Source: Podarcis pityusensis
Lineage: Eukaryota
DNA length: 64,000 bases
Assembly (NCBI GenBank): GCA_964106645.2
Contig: OZ067040.1
Reading direction: 5' to 3' (one strand)
In this document: piece after piece, positions 1-15,006 of the stretch
How positions within the stretch are numbered: position 1 is the stretch's first letter
Layout of the letters: every line of letters begins with the position of its first letter
The notes under the pieces: generated by a model
Databases searched by the model: none
Told to the model about the DNA's origin: nothing
What the model saw: the letters and a program-made list of their open reading frames with translations, nothing else
Position numbers and translations under genes: made by a program

Positions 1-1449
1 CTGAAACACTCCAGTTTATTCAGTCACAGCATGTCTTAACTGTAGAACATTTGGTCAATTGAAAAGAATGTAAATGTTATTCATTAGCAGTGTAATTAGT
101 ATTGATTGGTTATATTATGCAGTTCACTGAATTAAAACCCTGTATGTTACTGGGAGATTTCTAATCACTGTAACAAATTTGAAATTGGTAGCTCATATTT
201 TTTTTTGTTTCTTCCTCGCCCTCTGTCACTGGCCAGAATTTGGTTTCAAAGTGCGTGCCCTTTCCCATCATGATGAAATGCAAAAATAAAGATACAGACT
301 TGCTCAACCTGATGACAGATCTGCAGGATTTCATCTAAACATAATGGGAGTTTGGGGTGGAAACTTCAGCTCAGTCAATTCAATTGGAAACCTCCCACTG
401 GTTTTACTAAAAAATCTCTCAAGCATATCCATGGAGTTTTGCAGATCCGGCAGAGCTTTTGCCTTTTTTTCAGCCATAAAGTATGTTGCAAGCTGGGGGT
501 GGGGGGATGTTTTTAAAAGTGCCTAACTTAGACAATAATAGTCATGGGGGCCTTTGCCTTCATTCCAATGCACAAGTATGTGAAGGGCAAGTCAGGTCCT
601 GCTCCAAGTGTTTGCACTGTACAAAGTGAAGTCACTGGCACAGAGTTGTTAGCCTTTTTGCAGAGCAATCCAAACCTCTTTTTGTGGGACTGTTCAGGGA
701 TGCAGGAGAGGATATATTGTTTGATTATATCCTTTCCAACTTGTATTAACAAGTTCTATAATTTGGCAGAGTAACATTCCCCTTTTTAAACTTGCATAGC
801 GGATGCGTTTGCTCAGGCTCACTAAAGCCTCTATAATAAGTTTTAAAAATAATTCCCCATTTAGTCCCTCATGGAAAGATAAGAAAGATAAGACATGACA
901 CAGTCTTCTATAAAAGTATAAAAAGAGTTTACTCACACATTCTGTTCACAATTGGATCCCAGAAGGCAGACTTTAAGTTACAAAAGTAATATACCTGGAA
1001 ACTATCCCATAAGGAGACAGCCCCTTTGTCGTCTCTTGGCTGGAAGCTGGAAGCCGGAAGCCAAGAGAGCATCTTAGGCTAAGCAGATGTTGCTCCTTCA
1101 ACGAATGTGGTCAGAGAGAGATGGCTGACTAGTCCTGCTCTTTTGTTACCTGGGCAGGTGAGGTCACGCCCACCTCTAGTTACATGCAGAGGAAGTCTGT
1201 CCCAGCGTAGGAGAAACAGGAAGTTTCAACTGGCTGGTTCAGACATCCCCTCTTATGTCCACTCTAGGGATGTTGTACTTGACTGCTCTTGTGTTTCACA
1301 TCCCACACTTTTATGCTTGGTTCGGAATTTGGATTGAACAGAAATCTCCCTCTGCCCAGTTCTACCAGCCAGCCTCCCACTGCCTGCTTGGCAGAGTGAC
1401 ACAGGGCTGACATCCCCGTCCATCCATTGGTTATGCATGCAGAAGGCAT

Positions 1450-2220
1450 GGTGGCAGGTTTCTGGCCAGCACAAGGTGTGTCTGGAGGGCAGGACAGGTT
1501 CTGAGTCAGCCTGGGGTCTGCTGTGTCCCAAACAGGTCTTACTTATACAGTCAGGGGACAACATCAGTCAGGTGACAACATCAGACCTGATCCGGACCCA
1601 GTTGCCATGCCAGCGTGGAGGTTTGGTTCAGGGTTGGATTGCATCCCCAGATTTCCTGAGAAGAGGTGAAACCTGCCTGTTCCAAAAACCTTCTGGCCAC
1701 AGGATTCTCAGGGTGTTTGAGCTGCTGTTATTGCTATATATTTTAAAGTCCTTGTTTTGTGTGTGGAGTGTCTTTCATGCGGAGTTTCATTGTTCTGCAG
1801 GTAGGTATATGTTTGATTTTAAATCTTTGCCAGATGCCATTTTGGGGGAGAGGAATATAAATGTTTTTTTTAAAGTAACAGATATGCTTGAGAAGATGCA
1901 AATGTGTTTGAAATGTAACAATGAAATTCATGTTGAGGCTTTTTTCCATTTAGATTGCAATCCCATGGCTCCCTGGGAGGGCATCGGTTGGATCTCTAAT
2001 ATCAGATCCTACTTCCCCATCATATCCTCAGTTGGGCTGGACAAGTGTTTTCCAGTGCTGGTAGGCACTGGAGTGATCCAAGGTGGCCATAGTAGCCCTG
2101 GATGCATTGAGGGGCATTGAATAAAAATAAGGAGGTTGTGGAAGCGTAAAGAAATGAGAGAATTTTGAAAAACCTGTTTCATCTGTTGTGTCATGATGTT
2201 TACCACCAAGTTGGGTGCCA
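1450..2220 (-). mobile_element. Highly decayed L2/CR1-group LINE fragment
   Basis: The - strand reads KWKKAS..LLHFKH..FS.SVT.KK.F, resembling the linker between endonuclease and RT; many disablements. Confidence 0.4.
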
Positions 2221-2295
2221 CTGAGGGACGGTGACATTGCCTCCTCTGGATCCAGTGGTTGTGATGGAGGTGAGGGGTTTTCCCAGGCTTGGGTG

Positions 2296-2448
2296 CAGTG
2301 GCAGAGCTTCATGCTCCCACACCAGGGGGTGGAGAGCGTGGCGCGTGTCCTGGGGGGCGTGGCGCCTAGCACTAGCGGGGGGGCACCCCACCGGGATCGC
2401 GCTGCCGGGGACGGTGCGCTCCCCCCCACTCCTCTTCCTCCGCCAGTG
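2296..2448. mobile_element. hAT-type MITE (GC-rich)
   Basis: CAGTGGCAGAG...CTCCGCCAGTG termini; 8-bp TSD CTTGGGTG/CTTGAGTG (7/8). Confidence 0.75.
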
Positions 2449-4159
2449 CTTGAGTGAGCCTTTTTAGGCTTCACCCAGGCCCAGGAAGTGGATCACAGCT
2501 TGCCTGCGTATTCAGCCAATGGCAAATGTACTGTTTTGTAGGACGTGCGTAGAAATATAGACACAGACAAGAATGCTAATTTGTCACTGCCTCTTTCTGT
2601 TTGTTCACTTAAAGAAGGTAGATTTCCAAGGGGGCTTTGAGTAATTTTTTTCTGAAAAGGGGGACCAATAAGTTTGGGAACCCCTGGGCCAGACCTTTGG
2701 ATGTTGGATCATCGACATCAGTAGGGCCCTAAAGGGGGAGGTTTGGGGGTGGCCAGAAGAGGACCTGTAAATGCTTTGGTTCCAAAGGATCCAAAGCTGT
2801 CCCATTCCCCTGACCCCCATTCAGGGGTGACAAGACCTAAACTTTCTTAGCTTTAGCAAGGTGGTGGCCTCAGATGTTCTCAGATCATACAGGTCCAGAT
2901 CATATAGGTCCAGCCACCTTTGGCTCTCCCTTCCCTTTCCCCTAGATGCAATTCTGGTGCCAATTACTTGGGAGTAAGTCCCATTGGCTTAAGTAGATGT
3001 TGTGATTGCTCTGCTAGTCCATTAAATGGCTACAAGATTGCAGTCTTTTAGCAAACTCAGTGAAACCTATTTATCACACACTTTCAGCAAATTCAAATGC
3101 ATAAAGAACATTTAAATTAAGCCTACTTTTTTGAATTTTTGATAAGAATTGAGAGCAGCACAAATTTAAGATGGAGACCCATATCAACACTATTCAGCTA
3201 TGGGAAATAGCTATATTAAAGAGCATGCTACATTTCTGTATTCTTTTTTGGGGTTGAATGTAGTTATTCATGCATAATTAATACAAGTAAGCTGAAGCAG
3301 TTGGAAAGTATTTCATTAATAGATTTTAAAGGAGTAAATTAAAAGATTAGTCTATGTATCCTTTTGCTGTTTCCTCACCTTTAATGGCAGAAAGAACATT
3401 GTAAAGGACAGTATATTTGCCAGAATTGTAATGCAAATTAATGAATTCAGATACTGTCAAGATACTGTTCAGATTAATTGGACCTATTTAAATGTACTGT
3501 AGTTACTGCTAAAATATTAATGACTTTTATATCTTTCTAAAAGGAAATAAGATTTTACCTACTACTGAGTTTGAAATAATTAGGTTTCAAACGCAGCTGA
3601 GAAATGTAATGTTGGTACTTACAGTAATATGCAGACACTAAATGTGGCATGTGCCACTATAGTATTGATAGTATTAAAAAAAAATATCTCTCATGGGTGG
3701 GATCTTCTGAAAGGGTAGGCTAACCTTTTATATTACCAACCAATAAAATGCTCTGGTTGAATGCACTCTTTGCATGGTCACTATACCAAATACAAGCTTT
3801 TATATGTCCACCCATGGCTCCTTTGATTCCTGTTTGCAGAGCCTCACATCGCCCTGCTGTCTTCTCTGCCCTTTCTAATAATGCCTTACATTTTAAACCC
3901 TAATCTGTAATCAGTTTCTTCCTATTTCTCTGGTCATCTGCTGCCCCACTTCATATTTTCCAATAGTTCTGTTTTCAGTATTTATTTGTTTTTTCATTAA
4001 AATATATATTTAAAAATATGTATCTCAGGGTGGCTTGCAGTCCCAAAACAGAACAGATCATGGAATTAAGGCCCATAAAACTGAAATCACAATAAAAGTC
4101 AGATCTCATCACAAATTAAACACACACACACACATACACCGTTAACCTGTGAGAATGAA

Positions 4160-4700
4160 ATGATTTACTCATCTTCAAGAAGGCCAATGGGTAATACGTA
4201 TCCTCTCCTTGAGAGTCCTAACAGACACCCTGTGATCCAGAGAGTCAGTCTGGACACATGGCCAGCAGCTGAGTTTTTCATATAGCGGAAGGGATGGATG
4301 CATATTCCTTCCCTTCCAACATGCACCTGCATTAAGATAATGTCTGAACCAAGGCGCTGATCATCTATGTCAAGGTTGAGGAGCATTCTGTAGGTCACAT
4401 GTCAGTGGGCCAGAGACGAAGTGGGCGCGGTAATGGTTGTGATTCTTATTGTTGTACAATAGATTGCCTTCCACCCACCCAAAACTCAGAGGGTTCTGTA
4501 CGCTCAGACATGGGCACATTCACATCCATTCAAGCATTCAAGGGGTATGGCCTGGGGAGAGGAAATGTGGTCTTGGGGAGAGTCCTGAAGGCTGTATAGA
4601 GGGGCCACATTTCAACTCCAGGCTTGAGGTTCCTCCTCTGTGATCTATGCACTCAGGTGGTGTTGATTTTCTGGATTTCCCCCAGGAATAACTTTACAGG
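4160..4700 (-). mobile_element. Decayed RTE-type LINE 3' fragment
   Basis: The - strand peptide YRMLLNLDIDD...AGHVSR...SRRG..PIGLLED resembles the RTE C-terminus (GHVxR...RxRGRP...W.D). Confidence 0.55.
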
Positions 4701-6245
4701 TGTCCATAGTTAAAAATAAGCTTTGCAGGTTATGGCATGTCGCAGCATATTCATGTGATTTGTGATTGTAAAAAATGGGTGTACCCTTTCGGAATGAGCA
4801 CCTAGTTCCTTGCAACCAAATGCAGTTATAGCATAGTTTCTAGCATACCAGTGGCATCAGTATTACTTGTTTTTTGGAGGGGGGGAGGGGACTGCTTGTG
4901 TGCACTCACTGCGCGATATTTTTACCCATTTTATTTTCATTGACAGGAATGAGAAGGAAATAGGAGTAACACTCTGGTGGCTTTGCACAGGCACTGACAA
5001 TGCAAATCGGCTGTAAACTGTAGCCTGCAACTTCCATTTAATAAGGTCTTCTTATTTTTTTGTGCTGCTTTGCCCCTAAGGGTTGCAACCTGAAACTGGG
5101 TCATCAAAATGCGTGAAGTGGTTGAAAAGACAAAAATGTTTTCTTCAGTAAAGGTTCCGAGTGGCAGGGAGCCATCAAAGTTTATTGATATCCCTTTAGC
5201 TCAGGGAAAAAAGGCTGAGAAGCTCTGGCACTTAAACTTCCAGAGTGTATCAGAATATGTGGCCTTAAGCAAGTCTGGTGTGCTTCAGTGCCACTATTGT
5301 GTTTCATGTGTTCATAAATAGTTGGCATATGCTTTGAAGCTCTGAGCACCAAAGAATAAGGATTTAATTGCTGGCAAAAATACACAGCTTCTTTACAAAT
5401 CTATTATTTCCTATAACTTCTACTAGACTACTGTATTAAGGCGCTCCCGTAACCTGCTTTGTCTGTCCTGCCAATTAATTGTTAGCAAGGGCAGTTTATG
5501 AAGGGCTAATAATATGATTTGGAGCATCAGTACAGCACAGAAATAAAACCAGAATTGGGTGCATGATATTTTTGAAGATACAATAAATAATTAAAGGTGA
5601 TAATGAAATATTCATTTTAGGCTTTTTAAAAGCCAGTTTTCTGAATTCAGACTACCAGGACAAATGAACAATCAATAACTTTTTTAGTTTTTGTACCAAA
5701 CAGGGACATAATTTCGGTAATAATAGTACACCCAGCATTTTCACTAAGGCTAGCAGTTATCCTACTCTGGAATACAGTAGCAGTCATACAAAGCAATCCA
5801 GATTATGCAAACCATGGTTGTATTTGTTTAAGTTTTGGTTTAGTGAACCTATTGAAGTTGTTGAATTTCCAAAATGCTTATTCTTTCCAATATTGTTTGC
5901 AAACCAACATATGCTGAAGCCAAGAAAGCAAAATACAGGCATTTTTGTTTGATAGCTGTTCCTGCATCGCAGTTGATGCAAAATCCTCAGGACAGTGGAA
6001 GTATAGAGCAAATCATCATGGATGCTTGTATGAACAGCTTTGTACATAATAGACTTTGGGTGGTTATAAAGTATCTGGGTCAGAACTACTCGACGTGTCT
6101 CTTGCAATGATGATTATATTAGAACCTGGGCCCATCGAATGAAACTGCATGACTGAGTGAGGACAGACAACAGGAAGTGGTAATTCATGCTGCACACAGT
6201 TAGACATCGGGATTTGCTTCCACAAGATGTGGTGGCCACATGTGA

Positions 6246-6495
6246 GAGCCAGTGTGGTGTAGTGGTTAAGAGCGGTGGATTCGTAATCTGGGGAACCGGG
6301 TTCGCTTCCCGGCTCCTCCACATGCAGCTGCTGGGTGACCTTGGGCTAGTCACACTTCTCTGAAGTCTCTCAGCCCCACTCACCTCACAGAGTGTTTGTT
6401 GTGGGGGAGGAAGGGAAATGAGAATGTTAGCCGCTTTGAGACTCCTTTGGGTAGTGATAAAGCGGGATATCAAATCCAAACTCTTCTTCTTCTTT
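6246..6495 (+). mobile_element. tRNA-derived CORE-type SINE (Squam3-like)
   Basis: A box TGGTGTAGTGG, B box GGGTTCGCTTCCC, CORE segment GGGTGACCTTGGGCTAGTCAC, (CTT)n tail. Confidence 0.85.
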
Positions 6496-6844
6496 TAGAG
6501 GAGATTAGACAAACTGATGAAGGAGAAGGCTGTCTGTTTCTGCTGGTCATGATGGCTATGACTAGATCCACTGTTGGAGCCAGTATGCCTCTTGTGTACC
6601 AGTTGCTGGTGCTACCAGTCCACAAGCTGGGAGAGTGCTGCTGCTTGTGGACTTTCCACAGATACCTAGTAGGTCCCTGTGAGAACATGATGTCAGCTTA
6701 GGTGGGCCAGAAGAGCTGCTCTTAGCTTCTTAGGATCCTGGCCATCTTTGTAGTGCCTCAGGATCCAGGGTATGAAAAGAAATGCATTGGAGGTTCCATT
6801 GGTTCTTGTGGCTTTAATAGCGTAGGCCACCCTGGAAATATTTA

Positions 6845-7086
6845 CAGTGGTACCTCAGGTTAAGAACTTAATTCGTTCTGGGGGTCCATTCTTAACCTGA
6901 AACTGTTCTTAACCTGAAACACCACTTTAGCTAATGGGGCCTCCTGCTGCCGCCACGTCGCCGCTGCACGATTTCTGTTCTCATCCTGAAGCAAGGTTCT
7001 TAACCTGAGGTACTATTTCTGGGTTAGCGGAGTCTGTAACCTGAAGCATCTGTAACGTGAAGCGTCTGTAACCCAAGGTACCACTG
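6845..7086. mobile_element. Tc1/mariner (Tigger-like) MITE, family A
   Basis: TIRs CAGTGGTACCT...AGGTACCACTG with TA on both sides. Confidence 0.9.
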
Positions 7087-10000
7087 TATATTGAAAGGTA
7101 GGATGTAAATCAGTTAAATAAACATTTGCAAGTTAACTCAGGAGCAGCTGAGAGAGTGCAATCATGGTTGCTGGGCAACCTCTGAGTAGTGTTTACATGC
7201 ACTTGGCCTACAATTCGTACAGCATCTTGAAGGAAAGGAGGAACCCAGAAATGAGAGCTAGATATGCCCCTACAAAGGAAGGGCTGGCTCAGCCCAGTCA
7301 CTAAGCTATCTAAGCTACAACTTGGGACAGTGCAGTTCATGGAAGAAAGGAAGGTAGAGGGATTCCACATCCCTACAACTACTGGTTTGTTTTTCAGGTT
7401 TCACTGTACCTCCCTCACAAGGCAATTCCTTTTTTTCTCTCTTTTGTCTTAACCTCCTTTCATCCCAGCAACAAAGAATTTCTCATCATCGGAAAAGGCA
7501 AGTGGAAGGAAGGATCGTCCATTTGTTGGAAATCTTTTTTCTATGGTGAGGCAGGATACGCCACTGTTGGCTTTCAATTTGCAGCCGCCTTTTTCCTGCA
7601 AGAGCGAGGACACTGTGGGTGTGAGCCACACAAAGTAGAGATTGTTTCGCCGGTCAGAGAAGTTGCAAGAAGAGAATCAGTAGGTAAAAGGCTGCAGAGT
7701 TTTTAAAAAGAGGCTGCCACACCCACACTCAGCCAATCAATCAGAGGGCGGTGGAGGTGTGGAGGCATTAATAATATAAACTCAAGTCTGCATTGTAAAT
7801 CACAGAGGCTCTCTAGATTATATTCAGCTGTTACCCATTTGCTGCATAGAATCCAGGAATCCTCCACCGAAGAGAAATTTGAGCACATAAAAGAAGTGTG
7901 CTGTAGCTTAAAGTCTTTCTTTTCATTGTTCTCACAACACCAGCCCATTTAACTGATGGTGAATTGCCCAAGGCATGGCTTATGTGGGATTTGAACAGAG
8001 GGGGGGTTCAATACCTAGCCCCTGGATCACAATAGTTAGCCTGCATTTGCCATTTAGTGTATCAAACTCCACAGCATACCCGGCACCACCAAATAGTCAA
8101 AAATAATTTGGCTGCACCCCAAATAAAAAAGGGGGAGTTAATAACCTTATGCCATTCCTTATCTGTGCTGTCAATCAAATCCCTGTTAGCCAGGAAAGGT
8201 TTTTATCTTCTTTCTTTTAAAAATATGTTACAAGCTACATTTAGTAAGTACTAAGTTAAATGAAATGTCGGGTTATTTAATTAAAATGTACAAAGCAGCA
8301 CCTTATCCAATTACAGGGGAGAAGTGTGTGATCAGGAAGAATGTTGCAAGAAGCATAAGTTAAATGTTTTAAGTAACGCTTTTTAGTGGTCATAGGTTGT
8401 TAACTGTTCACTGTTCTTTCATTTTAGGAATGTATGTTTATATATAAAAATTCAATAAACATATGGGGCGGGGAAAGCCAATCACACTTACCCTATCCAA
8501 AAATAAGTATGTGTGTGGCTAGTGCCATTATATAGTTTAGTCACTTGGTGGAACTTTGCTTCATTGCATCTGGGGGACAGGAGGAGTTCCCAGTAGTTGT
8601 TCTGGTCTGGTCTGAAAGAAACACCATGGGTGGATCTACACACGGGGGGGGGGGGGGAGCTATAAATAAGTCAGAAATTAAACCGTTATAACAAAAGGAA
8701 AACAAACGATGGAAAATCACATAGATATTTTTTTTGTGTGGGCTAGTGAATCTCTTCTTCTCCACCCTTTTAAATTAAATTTGTAGACTGTTATTTTAGC
8801 ATACAAACAGTCCACAGCAGCGGTGGCACATCTTGGTTTGCCGCTTTGGGCGAAACGGTTAAGTGCTGCCTTGCCTTGCCAGCACCATGTGATCTGCTGC
8901 ACCAATCGCTGACTGAGAAGCTCCACCATGATCGTGCTGATATTGGGTGAGAGTCCCCCACCCCGCCGTGGATGTAATCTCACCCAAAAGTGGTGCTGAT
9001 GCTGATGTTTCTTACCTGCTGCGGGTACGAAGTCGCCTTTGGGGGCTTCCGCTGCCTTAGGCAGCAGCCTCACTCCATCTAATGGCTAAGCAGTCACGGC
9101 ATAGATCTTCAGCTTACCTTCATCATATCCTCTCCTTCTGGATTCCTGCAAATGCTCTCAAGGATTTAATAAATAATTTGTATATGTGATTTGGATACAG
9201 AATTAGGGCACTGTGAATGATAGCATGCATACTCACACCCAGATTTTTGTAGTACTCTGGCTGATAGTAGGCTATCCTGTTCGGAAATATTGACTGGATT
9301 ATTTTGCTTATTTTACCCCAACTGGAAATTGTGCTTCTAGAGAGACACACTATTTGGCAGTCATCAGGTAAAAACATTCCGCAGAGTAAGTTTCTCCCGT
9401 TGAAGTTTAAATGCAGCTCTGAGTGAATTCTTACTGGACAGAATAGACGTAATTAAGGGTAACTGAACTAACAGTATTTTGTACAGTGCAAACTAATGTG
9501 ATTTGTTATGTTGAACATGAGCATTGTACGCTGTGCAATATATTTTAACAGTTATGACTCAAACTAAATTAGCATCATCCGTGGAAATAGAATACCTATG
9601 ATTTAAAATGTCTCTCTGAATGTGAAGGCGAGAAGGATAGCCCAAAAGATGTTGAGGAACACATAAGGAATAATGAGTCTATCGTTAGCTGAAGTCCTAC
9701 AAATGAATCCTCCCTCAAGCTGAGACATTTTGGATTCTTCTTCTTCTTCTTTGTTCTTTTTCAATCTGCTGATCTTTGAGATCCTGAGGTGTTGTTATTT
9801 TTTTTTTTTGTCTTTGGAATGTTAATGCCTCAGTCAGACATGCTTCCAGACATTTACAAAAAGGAAGGGGGGGGGGGAGAGAATGCTTTCTCAGCCTAAT
9901 CATCCCAGCGTCAGAACATTGACAAATGATAGGTCAAAAGAACTGGAATTACTGACATTTTTACATAATGAATAGAGCTAAGATGAAAAACACAAAGCAA

Positions 10001-13000
10001 TCATTTTGACTATGTTCAAGGAAACAAAAATTATATAAATGTAGAAAATCACGGACACAATCAGCCGTGTGATAGACAGAGCAAAGATGTAAGAAACTTC
10101 CTTCTTTCACTACCCTTCCCTCTCCCCCAATGATTAAAAAACTAAAAACCCTCCCCTTAGGGAGTAGATGGCAGGTTGAGGAGGGCTCCAGGGAAGACGG
10201 AAGAAGCCAACCTAGCCATACCTCTGGAAGACTGGTGGAAAGTTCTGTTCTGAACATCATTTACTACAAGGGGTGATGGGTTCAGCCCCATATTATCTCC
10301 TTGAGGAAAGATGCTTAGGGAGTGCTGTTTTCTGCATAAGGCGAGGCCAGATGGTTCCTTTGGATCATATCTGGAGTTCTCTGCCTGCTATGATTCTCTT
10401 GGAGGATTTATTTTCCTTGGAGGGGGAGGGTTGCAAGACAGAGGAGCAGTGGAGGAGGGTTTGGTGGTGGGGTTGAATCAACATGTGCAAGGGGCCCTCT
10501 GACTAGCAAATGCTAGAACAGGGTAGGGAACTTCCTTCAGCCTATGGTGCATGAAGCACTGTAGCGGTCGTATTTAAATAGCAAAAATAAATATGAAATA
10601 AGGAAAATAATACTTGTAAAAGCAAGAGCTTAACATAGATAATCCTGGGTAAATAAAACAAACATTCTGTTGACACGTTTAAATATAATTTGCCTAACAC
10701 TGAATATTGGAAAAAGCGTAGTGATGTTAAGTCTATATTTGGATTAGCCAGCAGGACATTGAATTCCTTTCGTTGGTGTTATTGGACATCCTTTCGTTGC
10801 AAAATGTACTGAAATCTCATCTGTAGTCATAGTGCAGCATCTTTTTTTGGTAGTATGTGTGCGCAAGGAAAAACTGAGAAGGGGTTGAATGGGCAGTTGG
10901 CAGCCATTCATTGTCAATGATTGCTCTTCATTCATAAAAACGGTAGAACAGAGAGGTGGAGCCAGAAGAAGCAGCTTCTGAAAATGAAATGGAAGATCTG
11001 TGCTTATTTGCATAATCAGAAGTGGTTTTAGAAGCTGTTCAAATACTGCATGATGATTATAATGAGATGTATGATAAATATGTGAGAATAAATGAAATCT
11101 AGCTTGATTCTTCATTCTTCACCCATCCCAATTTTGTGCACAAAACCATTTGCTTAACTTTTGTTTCTCTCTGTCTGATTACAGCTTAAATCAGTACGTA
11201 GATTATTTTCTACTTCCAAGAATATAAAGAAAATAACATTCCCATTTTAGTTGTTGAGAAACTGCACTAGAAACTATAATATGGCAAATGGACCATTTTT
11301 TAAAAAGCTAGCTTCACTTCTTGGCTCTATTCCAGTTTCCAAGCTCAGTTTCTCTTGTTCTTGCAGCTAATCTTCTTTGCTGTTCTGTTTTTATCAATTC
11401 TCTTTTGATTATATCAATCCATTATTCTCTTGCAGACATTGATCATTTTTCAGCCTTCCGATGTGGCACACATCCATTTCTCAACTTCCTTTACTGGGGC
11501 GGGGGAGGGGGGGGCAACTTCAGGGTATCAAAGCTAATCTTTTCCCTTTCTTGGTAACCTCAGCACCCACCATTGGGCTTGGATTGCAGTTGCAGCTGAT
11601 TAGGAACGTGTACTGTGTAGTGTTTCAGGTCAATATGATGGCAAGAGAGTTTGATAATGTATCCTTTCAACGATAGCATCCCACATCTTAAAAGAATCTT
11701 TATTGGAAGACACATATAATTGAAACATTGCTGTTGGGGTGTGGTCTGAAGGAACTTAATGCAGACACTCTGCTTAAGCTCAGGTGGTCTGAATTTGGTC
11801 AGTAACTGGATGGGAGACTGCTTGGGGACCTCTGACAGGGGTGTCAACTTGAATAAATTGTTGGGAAGGGCAGGTAAGCCCTGTCCTGCATAATTGATCG
11901 CAAGAGGCGGTGCATGCACACCGTTTGAATGGCAATGCACATCCACTGGGGGGGGGCAGTCCCTCAAATATTTTATTGGGGGGTGGTGGCTGAAGGGACC
12001 TTGGCTCCTATGGGACTGCATGCATGCCACGCCACCCTAGGTTACAAAGCTGGGTTGAGCTTTGTAACATTTCATTTCATTTTTCATTTATTAGACTTAT
12101 TAGTTGCTTGTTACCCAAAGGTCTCCAAGTGACATACAGCAAAAAAAGAGATATATACAATACATATGGGAGAAAAGTGTGTGTGTGGATTATATAATGC
12201 ATTAATATTTCATATAACATCTAAAAAAATACCCAAATAATAAACAATGCGATACTCTGACCCACTAATGAACAAATAAGCAAAACCTCAACCTTCTCCT
12301 AGTCCAGAAACCATTCACATCGAATCAACCATTTCCCCCCTTTAACCTCCCCATCCCACTCTGAGGTGTGGTCTCAAGGTCAGCTGTTGCAAATCAGTGG
12401 TGGGTGGATCCAGTGTCCTCCAGGGATGGTCCGGCAGCATCTCTCCTTTCCCTTCAGGGGGGAAGCAGTAGCACAGCAAAGCAGGACAATGATAACAGAA
12501 GTTTTGTCTGCTTTGCAATTGACCTGGCTACTGCTCCTCTCCTGATCAGCACTGGAACTTTCTGACTCAGCTTCTGCTTTTACCCCAGCTGCCACATTCG
12601 GTGCTGCCTGCAGACATCCAGCAACATCTAGAGGGCTGTCTGCAGGATCCCAACCCCTACCCCTACCCCTTCCTCTATTATGTTGCCTCATGTTACAGTA
12701 GCTTTTCTGCCACTGATTTAAATGCCAGGACGGCACAATTGCTCTTTCGATTAAAGAAATACTAGAAAATATGTTGGCGTCCTACAGTATGTCCTCATTT
12801 TAAAGTACACTTTTGTGAGTGACATAGCGGACTGCATATTATTAATTTATTTCATATATTTATGCTCCGCCTTTTAGGGTATAAGATTCACAAGGCAACT
12901 TGCGAGAGCTGAGAAATAGATTAAACAGTAAACATGAAAGCATGGCAGTAAATCGGCAACTACAACAGCAGCGGCAAAAAATGTGAAGCCAGTCTTAAGA

Positions 13001-13267
13001 CTACAAATAAATAAAAAATCTGCGTCCTGCCATTATGTCATAATCAAAAGTTTGAGTACAGCCTTATTATTGGGGTGGGTGGGATATGTACACTGTGTAA
13101 AAGTGCCCAGATTTGGATGTTCAATGGGTAGAGCTGCCTCATTGGTGGTATATCTACTTCAGGAGTCTCCATAACACTCTTACCCAGCCACACTTCATCT
13201 CCCTCACACACATGTTCCTCCTTTCTTTCTGTCCCTCAGCTCTGGCAGCTCCAATGCCCTCTCCGCT

Positions 13268-13400
13268 ATCATAAAATTGTAGAGTTGGAAGGGACCTTGA
13301 GGGTCAGCTAGTCCAACCCCTAGCAATACAGGAATCTTTTGCCCAGTGTAGGGCTTGAACCCACGACTCTGAGATTAAGAGTCTCATGCTCTACCAACTG
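13268..13400 (-). mobile_element. Short tRNA-Lys-derived SINE with CR1-type tail (Squam2-like)
   Basis: Reverse complement of the same family as 26228-26375. Confidence 0.78.
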
Positions 13401-15006
13401 CCCACCATAAAGATTACCAGGGAGTAGTGACAGAAGGCTCCCCTTCCTTCCTTCCTTAAGCACCAAGGCATTCCTTAGTTACTCTACAGGTGAGGTTCCA
13501 GAAAGCACCCACCTTCATTTCCTAGAATGCCTCTGGGGAAAGAAAGATGGTGGGTGACCGGAGACAGCTTTAAGGCACCCGACTGTCTCCCATTATAGAT
13601 AAATAAATGAATGAATGAATGGTGGGAGCAGGGCACCACATTGCAGAAGGTGGGTCTACCGCTTCATGTTTACAAGCACTTAGTAATATACTCTTTTATA
13701 ATTTATGGGAACATAATAGTAAGCCACGTCTAAAAGCATTAATAAATTCAAGCTACGGTACATACCCATATCTCTTAAACAAACTACCTTGACAAGAAAG
13801 ACCCTGGGTTGGGTTGGTTTAACTTTTTCTCCTCCCTTACAAACCAGTTGCTTTGTGAACTTTTAGGGAATGAAAGGAGAAAAGAGTGGGAAACTTGGTG
13901 GTGGCTTTTTAAATCCATGACGGAAGTGAAATAAGGGTGATGCTTAAGATCACCCAGGAATATTTCCCACTAAGAAAGAGGCAGTGTACCATATGGATGA
14001 GCTCAGTTTCACTCAAGAATCCATCTGATATCAGAGGGAGTTTTCTCAGTGAAGATTTTCAACTTAACTTCAATGAATAAATCATTAAGTAGTACATTCC
14101 TACCTCCTTGAAGTTTTTTTTAAAGGTCAACAGTTCTTAAAGAAAAATGCATGCACTACGCAGAAGCGCGATTGCATTTGTGACTGCCAATCCCATCTGT
14201 TCAAATTTTATGGGTCAGTCCTTCTTTATCAAGGAAAACAAACGTGTTGAATTAAGAAGCACAGAATTTGAAGTGAATGCAGTGTGGCGGTCGTGATTCT
14301 TGCACATGTGTTAATTTTTGTCTCATTGCAATGTCAAGGTCATATTTTCACATTTTAGAAAACGACACCTGACAGCCACATATTTCCCAACATGAATTGA
14401 TTAACTTTGGGTTTCCTAGTTAAGCGGAGGCGATGCTTAATTGTCTTAAGTACTGAAAGTGCACTTAATTCCGGCTGCAGTGCAAGGGCAAGGGCTGTGT
14501 AATTAGGTCTGACAGAGAATCGGATGCACTTTTTACCTGTGGGAAGCCACCGGCACAAACCGTGTTTTAGCGCCTTGCCTGCCCCACTTCCTTTCACTTT
14601 TCTCAAGTGCCACTAAAGTCACCCAAGAGAAGAAGATGACCACCCAGCACTCTACAGTCAGAGGGAACCATGGCAAGCTGACCTTCTTCAGCATTTAGCA
14701 GTCTGCCTCCCAGTGACCCAGTTTACCTTAGTGCATTTTTGTGTCATTACTGTTGTGTTCAGTGTTGCAATAATAACATCAAGAAAAGAAGAGTGTCTTT
14801 TTTTAAAAAAAAAAAAAGGCTTGCCTATTCCTTTAATAAAATGTGTGCATGCACTCTGATAAAAGCTTTTCTGATCAGTGAAAAGCATATTGAAGTCAGT
14901 GTCAGTTTCTATTTTTAACTTCATATGGTTCCTTCCTTCCCCATCCCACACCCCACCACCAAAAAAAAATCCAATATTGCTGCAACAGGTCAAGCTGTTT
15001 GCAGCA

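Noticed and set aside
1437-2120. 227-aa + strand ORF
   Set aside because: No recognisable domain or exon signals; it overlaps a decayed LINE on the opposite strand, so it is probably a chance open frame.
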